Assembly (NCBI GenBank): GCA_023380755.1
Contig: JAMCSD010000006.1
Span: forward strand, 188,735 to 252,734
Direction of reading: 5' to 3'
Source of the DNA: Patescibacteria group bacterium
GTDB taxonomy: Bacteria; Patescibacteriota; Microgenomatia; UBA12405
Length of the DNA: 64,000 nt
Part shown: piece after piece, positions 34,973 to 44,836 of the stretch
Position numbering within the stretch: position 1 is the stretch's first letter
Layout: every line of letters begins with the position of its first letter
Notes under the pieces: generated by a model
What the model saw: only the letters and a program-made list of their open reading frames with translations
Databases searched by the model: none
Told to the model about the DNA's origin: nothing
Position numbers and translations under genes: made by a program

Positions 34973-36381
34973 GCGATTCTCGGGAACAATGGCTTATCCA
35001 AAGGTTTGATCGCTCCGACAAATACCTTTTCTATTTTTTCCGCTGTTTCCGGCATAAAGGCCGTAAGATAATTTGCTGCTGCCAACAAATTATTAATGCA
35101 TTTCCCCAAAACTCCTTGCCGTTCCTGGCTCTCTTTCGGCAGCTTCCATGGCTCAGATTTATTTAACAGATCATTAGTCTGGTCAATATATTTCTTAAAA
35201 ACAGTATTCAGTGCCTCGTCAAACCGAAAATTCTCTATATACTCACGAATTTCCTCATTCTCTTTAATTTCTGGTGCCGAATGAACCACACCCTCGCTTA
35301 ATTTAGCGACCCGTGATACCAAATTCCCAAGGTTATTCGCCAAATCAGCATTATAACGTTCCTTAAATTTCCCAATTCCTACATCCGAATCACCATCAAA
35401 GGGGAATGATCGGGCAATTAAAAATCGTGTCCCATCAACCCCAAAAAGGTCTACTAACTGTTGCGGGGAAATCACATTACCTAGGCTTTTGGACATCTTC
35501 TGTCCGTCAATCATATAGAAACTGTGAGTGTAAACGGCCTTAGGAAGGGCCGCCCCAGCCGACAGAAGCATTGCCTGCCAAATGACCGTATGAAACCACA
35601 AAATATCTTTGGCAATTAAATGAAAGTCAGCCGGCCAAAAATCTTCTTTTCCGCTCAGAAATTGGGTGGCACTGTAATAATTGATGAGCGCATCAAACCA
35701 GACGTAAATTGTGTGCTCTGGATCCCAGGGAACCGGGATGCCCCACTTAACCTTCTCGCGTGAGATCGACAAGTCCTTAATTCCCGATTTTAACTTCGCC
35801 AAAATTTCACTTCTTTTACTTTCGGGAAAAGCATAATTAGTATTCGGATCCTCCAAAAGTTCGATAAGTTTGGTTTGATACTTTGATAGTTTAAAAAACC
35901 AATTTTCTTCACTCTTCCGCTCGACCGGTAAGTTAGGGTGCAACGGACATTTGCCGTCCACCAATTCCGATTCTGTATAAAATCTTTCACAACCGGTGCA
36001 GTACCATCCTTCATACCGATCTTTGTAAATATCACCCCTATCATAAATTCTCTGGATAAATTCCTGAACCACCTTTTCATGGCGAGGGTCGGTGGTCCTG
36101 ATAAAGTAATCAAAACTAATATTCAGCCCCTTCCAGGCTTCCTCAAATCTGGGAGCAATCCGATCACAAAAATCTTTGGGAGATAAGCCTTCTTTAGCGG
36201 CGGCCTCGGCCACCTTTTCCCCGTGCTCGTCTGTCCCGGTTAAGAAAAAAACCTCTTCAGCCTTTTGGCGGTGGTAGCGGGCCACTATGTCGGCAGCCAC
36301 CGTTGTGCAGGTATGCCCGATGTGCGGCACATCATTGATGTAATAAATTGGGGTTGTAATGTAAAACTTCTTCTTATCCAT
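34969..36381 (-). CDS. metG: Methionine--tRNA ligase (short form)
   Basis: FYITTPIYYINDVPHIGH (HIGH motif), zinc knuckle CTGCERF ... CPLH, KMSKSLGN. Confidence 0.97.
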   Translation of the reverse strand: MDKKKFYITTPIYYINDVPHIGHTCTTVAADIVARYHRQKAEEVFFLTGTDEHGEKVAEAAAKEGLSPKDFCDRIAPRFEEAWKGLNISFDYFIRTTDPRHEKVVQEFIQRIYDRGDIYKDRYEGWYCTGCERFYTESELVDGKCPLHPNLPVERKSEENWFFKLSKYQTKLIELLEDPNTNYAFPESKRSEILAKLKSGIKDLSISREKVKWGIPVPWDPEHTIYVWFDALINYYSATQFLSGKEDFWPADFHLIAKDILWFHTVIWQAMLLSAGAALPKAVYTHSFYMIDGQKMSKSLGNVISPQQLVDLFGVDGTRFLIARSFPFDGDSDVGIGKFKERYNADLANNLGNLVSRVAKLSEGVVHSAPEIKENEEIREYIENFRFDEALNTVFKKYIDQTNDLLNKSEPWKLPKESQERQGVLGKCINNLLAAANYLTAFMPETAEKIEKVFVGAIKPLDKPLFPRIA

Positions 36382-36454
36382 AAAAAATGTCGTTAAATTA
36401 TAACTTAGTATAACTTACGCTCCGTCTGATTCAGCTTTCGCGAACCCTTCGGAG

Positions 36455-36748
36455 CTACGACATCTTTTTCGTACTTTTAGCCTTTGTCTTGCTCGAACCC
36501 GCTTCCGGGGCGCTTTTACTCACCTTTTTCGAAAATTGTGCCTTTAATCTGGCAGCCTTATTGGCATGAATCAGGTGTTTTTTAACTGCCTTATCTAAGA
36601 TCGAATAAAGCTTTTTTAGGCCGTCCACACTGGGCTTGGCCAAAAATGACTTGGTTTCACCATGAACCTTTGATTTAAAGACGACATTCGCCTTATGGTT
36701 TTTAATCGATTTGCGCAGTGACTTTTTAGCTGATAATCCTATTGGCAT
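36455..36748 (-). CDS. rpsT: 30S ribosomal protein S20
   Basis: MPIGLSAKKSLRKSIKNHKAN start. Basic, helical, about 97 aa. Confidence 0.9.
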   Translation of the reverse strand: MPIGLSAKKSLRKSIKNHKANVVFKSKVHGETKSFLAKPSVDGLKKLYSILDKAVKKHLIHANKAARLKAQFSKKVSKSAPEAGSSKTKAKSTKKMS

Positions 36749-36757
36749 AATGAGGCT

Positions 36758-36786
36758 ATTCTATCCTATCTTTTTGACTTTAGCAA
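36758..36786 (-). promoter_or_regulatory. Candidate rpsT promoter
   Basis: On the minus strand: TTGCTA (36781-36786), 17-nt spacer, TAGAAT (36758-36763), 9 nt before the ATG. Confidence 0.5.
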
Positions 36787-36886
36787 TAATAAGGTTTGGT
36801 TGAATTCCGACCAGAATTCCACAAAATCATGTTTATTATCTCTAAAGTGGCGCAAATCAACCGCGGTTTTCGTCTTGTGGTTGATT

Positions 36887-36892
36887 TATAAT
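36887..36892 (+). promoter_or_regulatory. -10 box TATAAT 8 nt upstream of the GTG at 36901; candidate leaderless murJ promoter
   Basis: TATAAT, then aatcggca, then GTG. The inverted repeat ATCAACC...GGTTGAT lies just upstream (36856-36884). Confidence 0.4.
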
Positions 36893-36900
36893 AATCGGCA

Positions 36901-38517
36901 GTGACCATAAAGGAATACATCAAAGTAGTTAGTCTCCGAAAACAAAGCTCCATCCTTTCGGCCTCAATCGTTTTAGCCGTAACATTTGGCTTTTCTGCTA
37001 TCTTAGGCTTTTTACGTAGTCGTTTTCTTTACGCCCATTTTTTTACTTGTTGTGCCGGTGATCTTGATGCTTATAATGCTGCTTTTCGCTTACCGGACCT
37101 CATTTTCAAGCTCCTGGTGAGCGGTGCTTTGTCGGCTTCTTTTATTCCCGTATTTTCCACTTATCTTCATAAAGATGAGAAAGAAGCTTACCGTTTAGCT
37201 TCTAATGTCATCAACATCCTCTTTGCTATCTTTTTAGTATTAACGGTAATTGTGGCTATTTTTGCTGGGCCATTATCCCACCTCATTGCCGGGGGTTTTG
37301 CCGGCCATCAAGGTTTTACCGAATCCCAACTAACTCTTATGGCCAGTCTTACCAGGATATTACTTATTGCCCAAATCTTTTTTCTTTTAAGTAATTTTGT
37401 CACCGGGATCCTTCAGGTCCATCAGATGTTCATTGTTCCTGCTTTTTCGCCCATAGTTTACAATCTATGCATTATTGCCAGCATCTTTTTATTAGCCCCT
37501 ATCTTTGGGATCTATGGTGTTGTCTATGGGACGGTGGTCGGCGCCTTTTTGCACTTTTTTATTCAACTGCCGGTAGTTTCCCGGGTTGGTTTCAAATATT
37601 CCTTTTCCTTCCGTTCTGAGCTCCAAGGCGTCAAAGAAATTATTCACCTGATGCTTCCTCGAACCTTAGCCCTAGGATTAGGCGAAATCGAGGATACAGT
37701 GACTTTATTCTTTGCTACTACCTTATCGGTAGGGTCTCTGTCTCTCCTTAATCTGGCCATTCAGGTAATGTATCTACCCTCACGGATATTCGGTACCACT
37801 GTTGGGCAGGCCTCCTTACCTATCTTGTCGAAAAATATTGCTAAAAACGAACTTGAAACCTTCCGCTCCACGGTTTACAAAACTATTCTCCAGAGCCTCT
37901 TTATCGCCTTACCGATTACAGCTCTGTTTGTGGTTCACCGTGTTCCTTTGGTAAGAATCATTTTCGGAGCCCGGCATTTCCCCTGGACGGCTACCCTGAC
38001 GACCGCTCGGATCCTGGTCTTACTTTCCCCGGCGATTATTTCCCAGGCTATTATTCAAATTTTAATCCGGGCTTTTTATGCCATGCATAACACCAAAATT
38101 CCTTTATATATTTCTGCGGCGGCGTTAATCTTAACCATCATCAGCTGCTATTATTTCGTCGCCTTCAGCGGCCTGGGTGTTTCTGGTTTGGCAATCAGCG
38201 ATACGGTCGGCAACATTCTTGAATGTTTAGCCCTCATTTGGTTCTTTAACCACCTTGTTGATGGTAACTTTCTCCGCTTGACGCTGCAAAAATCTTCCAA
38301 ACTCATTTTGGCGACGGTGGGGATGGTTATCACCATGTGGGGTACCAGTAAAATATTAGACCTTTTCATTCTTGATACCACCCGAACCCTTAACCTCGTC
38401 CTGTTATTTATTGTTACCACGACTGCCGGCTTAATTGTTTATTTTTGGCTGACTTGGTTAACCCGTTCCGAAGAGCTATTCGAATACCTCCGCTACCTTA
38501 AAAGGCTGAGAAAGTAA
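36901..38517 (+). CDS. murJ: Lipid II flippase MurJ/MviN
   Basis: 538 aa, 14-TM MOP-family layout. N-terminal GFLRSRFL...AYNAAFRLPDLIFKLLVSGALSASFIPVF is typical of MurJ. Confidence 0.9.
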   Translation: MTIKEYIKVVSLRKQSSILSASIVLAVTFGFSAILGFLRSRFLYAHFFTCCAGDLDAYNAAFRLPDLIFKLLVSGALSASFIPVFSTYLHKDEKEAYRLASNVINILFAIFLVLTVIVAIFAGPLSHLIAGGFAGHQGFTESQLTLMASLTRILLIAQIFFLLSNFVTGILQVHQMFIVPAFSPIVYNLCIIASIFLLAPIFGIYGVVYGTVVGAFLHFFIQLPVVSRVGFKYSFSFRSELQGVKEIIHLMLPRTLALGLGEIEDTVTLFFATTLSVGSLSLLNLAIQVMYLPSRIFGTTVGQASLPILSKNIAKNELETFRSTVYKTILQSLFIALPITALFVVHRVPLVRIIFGARHFPWTATLTTARILVLLSPAIISQAIIQILIRAFYAMHNTKIPLYISAAALILTIISCYYFVAFSGLGVSGLAISDTVGNILECLALIWFFNHLVDGNFLRLTLQKSSKLILATVGMVITMWGTSKILDLFILDTTRTLNLVLLFIVTTTAGLIVYFWLTWLTRSEELFEYLRYLKRLRK

Positions 38518-38546
38518 GGCTATTGTTTTTATTTCTTGATTGTCGC

Positions 38547-38552
38547 TATACT
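38547..38552 (+). promoter_or_regulatory. -10-like TATACT 7 nt upstream of the ATG at 38560
   Basis: TATACT, then gttaagt, then ATG. No Shine-Dalgarno sequence. Confidence 0.35.
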
Positions 38553-38559
38553 GTTAAGT

Positions 38560-39129
38560 ATGGGAGGTAAAAAAGAGCTGTCTTTGCTTCCTGACAGCGA
38601 GAACTATAATTCGCTTCAGGGCCGGCTCTTTCGTTGGTTAACAACCGTTGGCCGAGTGGTGATTATTGTCACCGAATTAATCGTCGTTTCCGCTTTTTTA
38701 TCCCGGTTTTATTTAGATCGCAAAAACGCCGATCTTTCCGAATCATTACGCCAACAAAAAGCTATCCTTGAAAGTACCAAAGAATTTGAACAAGAATTCG
38801 ATTTACTCCAAAATCGATTGTCCTTTATTAAAAGCTTCAGCGGTCAATCTTCCCATCTACCGCCTCATCTTATTAGCTTAGCCCAAAGTATTCCTACCGG
38901 AGTGGTAGTCACCGACCTCCGGGTCGACGATGCTGACGCTCCAGTCAGTAAAGTATCCCTTTCCGCTAATGCCGATCAACAAGATAATATTGTCGATTTT
39001 GTTACCAACATCTCACTTAATCCTCAAATCTCTGCTATCGAAATCAAAAGGATCGAAAAAAAGCCCCGGAACGACAAATACCTCATTGATTTATCCCTCC
39101 AGATTGCTGATGCTAAAGGAGGTCCCTAA
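38560..39129 (+). CDS. PilN-like type IV pilus assembly protein
   Basis: Short cytosolic N-terminus (LSLLP), a single TM segment, then a periplasmic coiled-coil and ferredoxin-like region. Followed by a PilO-like gene. I saw no diagnostic motif. Confidence 0.55.
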   Translation: MGGKKELSLLPDSENYNSLQGRLFRWLTTVGRVVIIVTELIVVSAFLSRFYLDRKNADLSESLRQQKAILESTKEFEQEFDLLQNRLSFIKSFSGQSSHLPPHLISLAQSIPTGVVVTDLRVDDADAPVSKVSLSANADQQDNIVDFVTNISLNPQISAIEIKRIEKKPRNDKYLIDLSLQIADAKGGP

Positions 39130-39765
39130 ATGATCGATTACAAACAAAATCTCTATTCCACCTCCACCAGGCTGATTCAATATTTGGATAAGCAACGTCA
39201 AAACGAAAAAACCATGCAAACGTTTGAATTGGTCGCCTCTTTCTTGCTGATCACCTTCTTTTTAGTCTTTGCCATTAAACCGGCTATTACAACCATTATT
39301 GGTTTAATTGGAGAAATCCAAGCCAAAGAGGCTGTCTCCGCTCAGCTAAAAGATAAAATTAACCAAATCGTCATTGCCCAAGATATCTTCTCTCAAGTTC
39401 AGGAAAGATACCAAATTATTGACTCTGCCCTCCCTGATCGTCCCCGCTACGCTCAAGCCGCCATCCAGTATCAGGCTAATGGTGAGAAAACAGGGGTTAA
39501 TGCTAGCACCTTCGACGTTGGCATTCAAAGTAAAGCTAAAGCCAATACACTCCAAAACGTTAAATCAATCGACATTTCCATTGGGGACAAAACAAATTTC
39601 TTAGCCGCCCTCAATTTTATTGACGCCCTTAAACGGAACCGTCGGCTGATTAGGTTGAAGGAGTTCAGTTTGCAGAACCAAAACGACAAAACAGCCACTG
39701 ATTCCGGTCAGCTTAACTTTTCCATCAATACCCAATCATTATATTGGGACAATTCCAACCAATGA
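39130..39765 (+). CDS. PilO-like type IV pilus assembly protein
   Basis: Strong AAAGGAGG Shine-Dalgarno sequence. Single TM segment, then a coiled coil (IGEIQAKEAVSAQLKDKINQ). Topology and context only. Confidence 0.5.
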   Translation: MIDYKQNLYSTSTRLIQYLDKQRQNEKTMQTFELVASFLLITFFLVFAIKPAITTIIGLIGEIQAKEAVSAQLKDKINQIVIAQDIFSQVQERYQIIDSALPDRPRYAQAAIQYQANGEKTGVNASTFDVGIQSKAKANTLQNVKSIDISIGDKTNFLAALNFIDALKRNRRLIRLKEFSLQNQNDKTATDSGQLNFSINTQSLYWDNSNQ

Positions 39766-40031
39766 AAAAAATTTCCCGTTATCTTTTATTTTTGAGTATC
39801 ATCACCTTTGTAGCGGTTATCGTCGTCATCGTCCAGCAAAGCTACGATAAGCTCATCTCCAGTGAACAAAAAGTTAGTGCCGATATTATCCTTAAGCCGA
39901 TTAAACCGCAGCTTGATACTAGTGTTCTTGATAATCTGGAGAAAAAAGAAGAATTTACCGAAAACGACCTTAACTTACCCCCACCCCCACTTGCGGTTAC
40001 TCCTGTCCCAGGCTTCCGTCCTGCACCATGA
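39762..40031 (+). CDS. Small membrane-anchored protein with a Pro-rich tail
   Basis: The ATG at 39762 overlaps the upstream TGA (ATGA). TM segment YLLFLSIITFVAVIVVIV. Confidence 0.5.
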   Translation: MKKISRYLLFLSIITFVAVIVVIVQQSYDKLISSEQKVSADIILKPIKPQLDTSVLDNLEKKEEFTENDLNLPPPPLAVTPVPGFRPAP

Positions 40032-41302
40032 AAAAAGAATTAAAATTTCCCACCATCCTCGGTTTACTAGTTTTACTGCTGGGAACTGCGGCAGGTATTT
40101 TCTTGATGCGCCGCAATAGTAATCAAAACACCAATGCCACCGGTAGCTGTGACCCTACTTCCATCCAGGTCACTAATATTACCGATAAATCTTCCGATAT
40201 TTCCTTTCTCACCTCTTCCGCCTGCAATGCCACCATCTCGGTTAATAATTCCTTGATTTCTGATATCCGCAGCGCCGGTTCTTCCAGTAATTTTGCCGCC
40301 AAAACCCACTATTTCCAGGTCGACGACCTGAAAGCTAATACCAACTACACTTATACCGTCGTCAGCGGCGGTAACACCTATAACAACACCAACTACCAGT
40401 TCAAAACTGCCCAGAAACCATCATCCGCCATTCCCACCTCCAATCTTGCTTGGGGGAAAATTTACAATTCTGATCATACTCCAGCTTCCACAGCCATCAT
40501 TTATATTAATATCCCCGGCGCTTCACCACTCTCCGCTTATATCACCTCCAATGGCAACTGGAATATCTCTTTGGCAAATAGTTTCGATACCTCCAAAGCT
40601 AACTGGTTCACTCCGGATCCCAACACTGACGAAGATATTACCGTTGTGGCCGACAACCAGGACCCAGTAGTTTTTACTGGTAACACTTCATACAACAACC
40701 CCGTTCCCGACATCATTCTGGGGGAGACCACCACTCTTAATTTTCCCAAAACTACCCCCACCCTTCCCATTTCACCCACTGCCTCTCCCACTACAGCCCT
40801 GGTGGCTTATGGCACCTTGTCCATTACCAGCCCCATTGAGGGTGAATACATTGCCGGTGTTTCCCCTCAGTTTTTGGGTACTGCCAATGCTGGCAGCCAA
40901 GTTAGCCTACAACTGACTTCCACCTCCGCCAACCAGAGTTTTACTACTACTGCCGGTGCTGACGGTTCTTGGTCCTGGCCTTTGGCGCAAACTCTCAGTG
41001 CTACTCAATATACTCTGACTGCAGTCAGTAATGGCACTACGGTCACACGCATCTTTTATGTTTCGGCGGCTGTCGGTGGTCCGGCCTTCGTTTCTTCTCC
41101 TTCGGCCACCATCGCCGTGACACCGACGACTATCATGCCCGCCAATACACCGTTTATTACCGATACTCCCTTTCCTACAGAAAGGGCCAGTCACCCCAGC
41201 ACTTCCTCGGGAGTTCCCGTCACTGGAGTTATGGCCCCCACCATCATTATTACTTTGTTGGGAGTCATTTCGACTTTTGCCGGAATCCTAATCTTGAAAT
41301 AA
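40028..41302 (+). CDS. Surface protein (Fn3-like plus Ig-like domains) with a C-terminal sortase-type signal VPVTG-TM-K
   Basis: Signal peptide. Fn3-like IQVTNITDKSSDISF...KANTNYTYTV. Ig-like LSITSPIEGEYI...YTLTAVSNG. VPVTG at 41213-41227 is followed by 23 hydrophobic residues and a terminal Lys. Confidence 0.7.
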   Translation: MKKELKFPTILGLLVLLLGTAAGIFLMRRNSNQNTNATGSCDPTSIQVTNITDKSSDISFLTSSACNATISVNNSLISDIRSAGSSSNFAAKTHYFQVDDLKANTNYTYTVVSGGNTYNNTNYQFKTAQKPSSAIPTSNLAWGKIYNSDHTPASTAIIYINIPGASPLSAYITSNGNWNISLANSFDTSKANWFTPDPNTDEDITVVADNQDPVVFTGNTSYNNPVPDIILGETTTLNFPKTTPTLPISPTASPTTALVAYGTLSITSPIEGEYIAGVSPQFLGTANAGSQVSLQLTSTSANQSFTTTAGADGSWSWPLAQTLSATQYTLTAVSNGTTVTRIFYVSAAVGGPAFVSSPSATIAVTPTTIMPANTPFITDTPFPTERASHPSTSSGVPVTGVMAPTIIITLLGVISTFAGILILK

Positions 41303-41350
41303 CTATTTGTAATTGAAATGGTTTTACTTTAAAGTAAAGAAAGGAGCACC

Positions 41351-42337
41351 ATGCGTAATTCTGCAAGTAATTACTACGCAATTCTTTCCATCATCTTCAT
41401 GGTGCTGTCGATTATTGCTGGCATGGCTTTATTCCGGACGGCTCAAGACCTTCGGGAGCAAGCTACTTATCCTAGTGCCTGCACTTCGGTTGGTCAGGCT
41501 TGTGAGAATACCTATAATGAAGCCTGCACCTTGCCTAATGGTGGCAGCGGGACTCACAGCTGCCATAAAATCGGCACTTGCCAAGGGGTCGGGGACAATA
41601 CCCAATGCAGCTGGGGAACCGGTTCCAGTTGTACTACCTGTACTGCCAATTCTATCATTCCCAATCCTACTGCTTCGGCTTGGATGTGCCAAGTTTGCGA
41701 TTGTAGCAATGGAGGCTGGAACAACGGCCAGTGTACTAATTGCGGTGGTCTGGTTCCCTGTAGTAGTGTCAGTGCCCTTTCCTGCGGTCAGATCGATGCC
41801 TGTCCCCCCGGACAACCGACCACCCAATGTGGTGCTGCCTCCGAAAATCGCGTAGTTTATACCAACGGTTGTACCACTTCGACCAATCCTACCTCTCCGC
41901 CATCTCAGCAAACTGGTTCCTCGCCCACACCGACCAGAATTCCTCCCACCAGTACCCCCACCCGCATCCCACCTGGTAGCACTCCTACCCGTATTCCCAC
42001 TTCCACCGCGACACCGACTCGCAACCCGACCAACACCCCTGTACCTACTTCCACCCGGACTCCTTCGCCCACAGCGACTCCGCGGCCCGACGATACTCCC
42101 GTCCCTACAGCTACCCCCACCAACATTCCCGCTCCGACTGACACACCAGTTCCCAATCCCACTGCCACCCCCGTCGTCTATTCCACTCCTCAGCCTACCG
42201 CTACCACCGAGCCTTTAGCCCAAGGCCCCAGTCCGACCAGGATTCTTTTGCCTAATGCTGGTGTCAGTTTCCCCATCCAGGGTCTAACCGTTGTCGGTAC
42301 GATTATCTCTTTGCTCGGACTTTTGGTATTATTGTAA
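41351..42337 (+). CDS. Cys-rich / PT-repeat surface protein with a C-terminal LPNAG-TM signal
   Basis: AAAGGAG Shine-Dalgarno sequence. TM/signal anchor. 18 Cys within about 130 aa. TPTRIPP-type repeats. LPNAG at 42248-42262 is followed by a 24-residue, largely hydrophobic tail. Confidence 0.7.
   Translation: MRNSASNYYAILSIIFMVLSIIAGMALFRTAQDLREQATYPSACTSVGQACENTYNEACTLPNGGSGTHSCHKIGTCQGVGDNTQCSWGTGSSCTTCTANSIIPNPTASAWMCQVCDCSNGGWNNGQCTNCGGLVPCSSVSALSCGQIDACPPGQPTTQCGAASENRVVYTNGCTTSTNPTSPPSQQTGSSPTPTRIPPTSTPTRIPPGSTPTRIPTSTATPTRNPTNTPVPTSTRTPSPTATPRPDDTPVPTATPTNIPAPTDTPVPNPTATPVVYSTPQPTATTEPLAQGPSPTRILLPNAGVSFPIQGLTVVGTIISLLGLLVLL
41890..42215 (+). repeat. Imperfect tandem Pro/Thr-rich coding repeats (TPTRIPP / PTxTP units)
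   Basis: Reiterated [54 protein letters not shown]... It generates spurious ORFs in other frames. Confidence 0.85.
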
Positions 42338-42342
42338 GGTAA

Positions 42343-43272
42343 ATGAAAATTCTTCAAAAGACTAATTTTGCGGCTGTCATCGAAGCCTTAAGGCCGAGTC
42401 AATGGGTGAAAAACTTAGCTCTCTTTGCCTCCGTCATTTTTAACGGTGTGTTGATGAACCCCGATCTTTTCGAGAAGTCAGTCATCGCCTTTATCGTTTA
42501 TTGTTGTTTGTCTTCAGCTGCTTATCTTATTAATGATGTCGCGGATATTGATAAGGACCGTCTTCACCCGGTAAAACGAAACCGTCCCATTGCTCGAGGT
42601 GATGTTGAGCCTTCATTTGCGGTAAATTTAGCCATCATTTTAATTCTATTTGGTTTAGGTATTTCCACTTTTATCAACCTTGCCTCCTTTCTTTTAGCCC
42701 TCTTTTTTATTGTTCTGCAATTTAGCTATTCTTTTATTCTCAAAAAGAAAGCCGTCTTTGATATCATCGGGATTGCTATATTTTTCATAATTCGGGCCTA
42801 TGCCGGGGAAGTCGCCACCGGTTACCATCTTCCTATTTGGGTGATGCTCTCCGTCATCTTCTTATCACTCTTTATTGCTAGTGGTAAAAGGAGAAGTGAA
42901 TTTATCAACACCGGTTCAAAAACCCGGGCGGCTCTTAAAGGCTATGGAAAAAGTTTACTCAATTTTTACACGACCATGTTTGGCGTTTCTACTCTCATCA
43001 CTTATGCTATGTTTACTTTCTATGAAGAACCCATTTCCTTTGAAGGATCGCTTCACCGTTTTTTACTTGACAATATCCCCAATGCCATTAACCGTAAATG
43101 GTATATGATCACCCTCTTTCCGGTTATTTTTGGAATTATGCGTTATGGCCAAATTATTTTTGAAATGCAGGAAGGGGAGCGGCCGGAGAAAGTAATTACC
43201 ACCGATATTCCATTGCTAATTTCGTTGTTCATCTGGGGCTTAATGATGGTCAGCATCATCTATGTTCTCTAA
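42343..43272 (+). CDS. UbiA-family prenyltransferase, decaprenyl-phosphate 5-phosphoribosyltransferase (DPPR synthase) type
   Basis: ALRPSQWVKNLALFA start region and NDVADIDKDRLHPVKRNRPIARG are characteristic of the Rv3806c-like branch. About 9 TM helices. Confidence 0.8.
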   Translation: MKILQKTNFAAVIEALRPSQWVKNLALFASVIFNGVLMNPDLFEKSVIAFIVYCCLSSAAYLINDVADIDKDRLHPVKRNRPIARGDVEPSFAVNLAIILILFGLGISTFINLASFLLALFFIVLQFSYSFILKKKAVFDIIGIAIFFIIRAYAGEVATGYHLPIWVMLSVIFLSLFIASGKRRSEFINTGSKTRAALKGYGKSLLNFYTTMFGVSTLITYAMFTFYEEPISFEGSLHRFLLDNIPNAINRKWYMITLFPVIFGIMRYGQIIFEMQEGERPEKVITTDIPLLISLFIWGLMMVSIIYVL

Positions 43273-44836
43273 ACTGCGTTTTCCTGTTAAAGGGATCGTT
43301 CCTCTTTTACTCCTCCTCCTTAGTTTTTTTACCCGCTTCGTCGGCCTTAATTGGGGAGCCCCTTTCTTCTTTCATCCCGATGAGAATAATATGGCTTCGG
43401 CTTTATCACAGCTTTCTTTTACTAATTTTAATCCTCACTTTTTTGCCTATGGGCAGTTTCCTCTGTACCTGGGTTTTATTACTTTAAAAATCTTTAACTT
43501 ACCTAACGATTTTAGCAACTCTATTTATGTTCTCCGTTTTTGGTCGGCCGTCTTTTCCGTCGGAACGGTTATTCTGAGCTATTTATTAGCCCGAAAACTT
43601 TTCCCCAAAACTGCTTGGCTTCTTCCCTTACTGCTTATTTTTTCCCCCGGCCTGATTCAACTGGCCCATTTTGGTACTACCGAGACCTTACTCATATTTG
43701 TTTTTTTGGCCAACATATATTTGGCTGTTTTGTATTTATCGACTCAAAATCGAGCTATATTATTCCTGGCGGCGTTGCTATGCGGACTGGGGATTGCTTC
43801 CAAAATTACTGCGGTCTTTTTTATTTTGCCCTTTTTGCTAGCCCTTTTGTTTGCTCGAAAAAAACCTTTAGTTTTAATACCACTTTATCTAGTATTAACG
43901 AGTATTTTTGTTTTCCTATTTTCTCCTTATAACCTCATCGATTTTTCTGATTTTATGGGGGCAATTAACTATGAAACCGGTGTAGCCACCGGAGCGACTC
44001 CGGTCTTTTATACTCGTCAATTTCTGACCTCAACCCCTTATCTTTTTCAATTCGTCAAAATCTTTCCGTACGCTCTCGGCTTGCCTCTGACAGTTATTTT
44101 TTTAGTAGCTCTGGCTTATTTTATAATTCGGCGGTCAATTAAAATTACCCCGCAATCTTTAGTAATTATTATCCCCAGCCTGATTTATTTTCTTTACAAT
44201 GGCTGGCTTTTTACCAAGTGGTTCCGCTTTATGTCTCCCTTATTTATTATTCCGCCTATTTTTATCGCCTATTTCCTCGACCGAATTTTTCGTCGCCGCC
44301 ACTGGATAGTCACAATTCTCTGTTTATTCCTAATTCTGCCTGGTGTCTACTTCCTTAATCTCTACCTTCATCCCGACGTTCGCCTTTCTGCTTCCGAATG
44401 GCTAAAAAACAATCTACCCTCTTCCACCAACGTTCTTTCCGAAGCCGGCAATGTGGTTAATTTACCCACCTCGCCGGTATCGTTTACTGTCAATAACTTT
44501 GATTTTTACAATCTCGATGAAAATCCTGAGCTTCCCAATAGGTTAATCCAATCATTGGCTGAAAGTAATTACATCCTCATTCCTTCCCGGCGGATTTTCA
44601 AGGACCAAAACGGTCCCAACTTCCCCTATGCCTCACGTTATTATCAGGCCCTTTTCACCGGCAAACTTGGATTTACTCTTCTCAAAACTTTTACTCCTCA
44701 GACCGAACTATTTCTTGATGGCGAAAATGCTGAGGAAACCTATACCGTTTTCGACCACCCAACCATCCGGCTTTACCAAAAAACCATTCCCCATAGTATA
44801 AGCGATTATCAACAGATCATTAATTCTTCACCGTGA
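43262..44836 (+). CDS. GT-C fold membrane glycosyltransferase (PMT_2 / GT39-GT83-like), paralog 1
   Basis: Polytopic N-terminal half with HPDE just after TM1 (FFFHPDENN) and a soluble C-terminal domain. Overlaps the upstream gene by 11 nt. Confidence 0.8.
   Translation: MFSKLRFPVKGIVPLLLLLLSFFTRFVGLNWGAPFFFHPDENNMASALSQLSFTNFNPHFFAYGQFPLYLGFITLKIFNLPNDFSNSIYVLRFWSAVFSVGTVILSYLLARKLFPKTAWLLPLLLIFSPGLIQLAHFGTTETLLIFVFLANIYLAVLYLSTQNRAILFLAALLCGLGIASKITAVFFILPFLLALLFARKKPLVLIPLYLVLTSIFVFLFSPYNLIDFSDFMGAINYETGVATGATPVFYTRQFLTSTPYLFQFVKIFPYALGLPLTVIFLVALAYFIIRRSIKITPQSLVIIIPSLIYFLYNGWLFTKWFRFMSPLFIIPPIFIAYFLDRIFRRRHWIVTILCLFLILPGVYFLNLYLHPDVRLSASEWLKNNLPSSTNVLSEAGNVVNLPTSPVSFTVNNFDFYNLDENPELPNRLIQSLAESNYILIPSRRIFKDQNGPNFPYASRYYQALFTGKLGFTLLKTFTPQTELFLDGENAEETYTVFDHPTIRLYQKTIPHSISDYQQIINSSP

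Noticed and set aside
41323-41338. Perfect 16-nt palindrome TTTACTTTAAAGTAAA upstream of the Cys-rich gene
   Set aside because: It is AT-only sequence in an AT-rich spacer and has no loop if folded. It could be an operator, but it is equally likely to arise by chance, so it is not reported as a feature.
41313-42168. ORFs 41313-41855 (+), 41429-41911 (-) and 41905-42168 (-)
   Set aside because: These are alternative-frame or antisense shadows of the Cys-rich/PT-repeat gene. That gene has a proper AAAGGAG Shine-Dalgarno sequence, a signal anchor and a C-terminal sorting signal.
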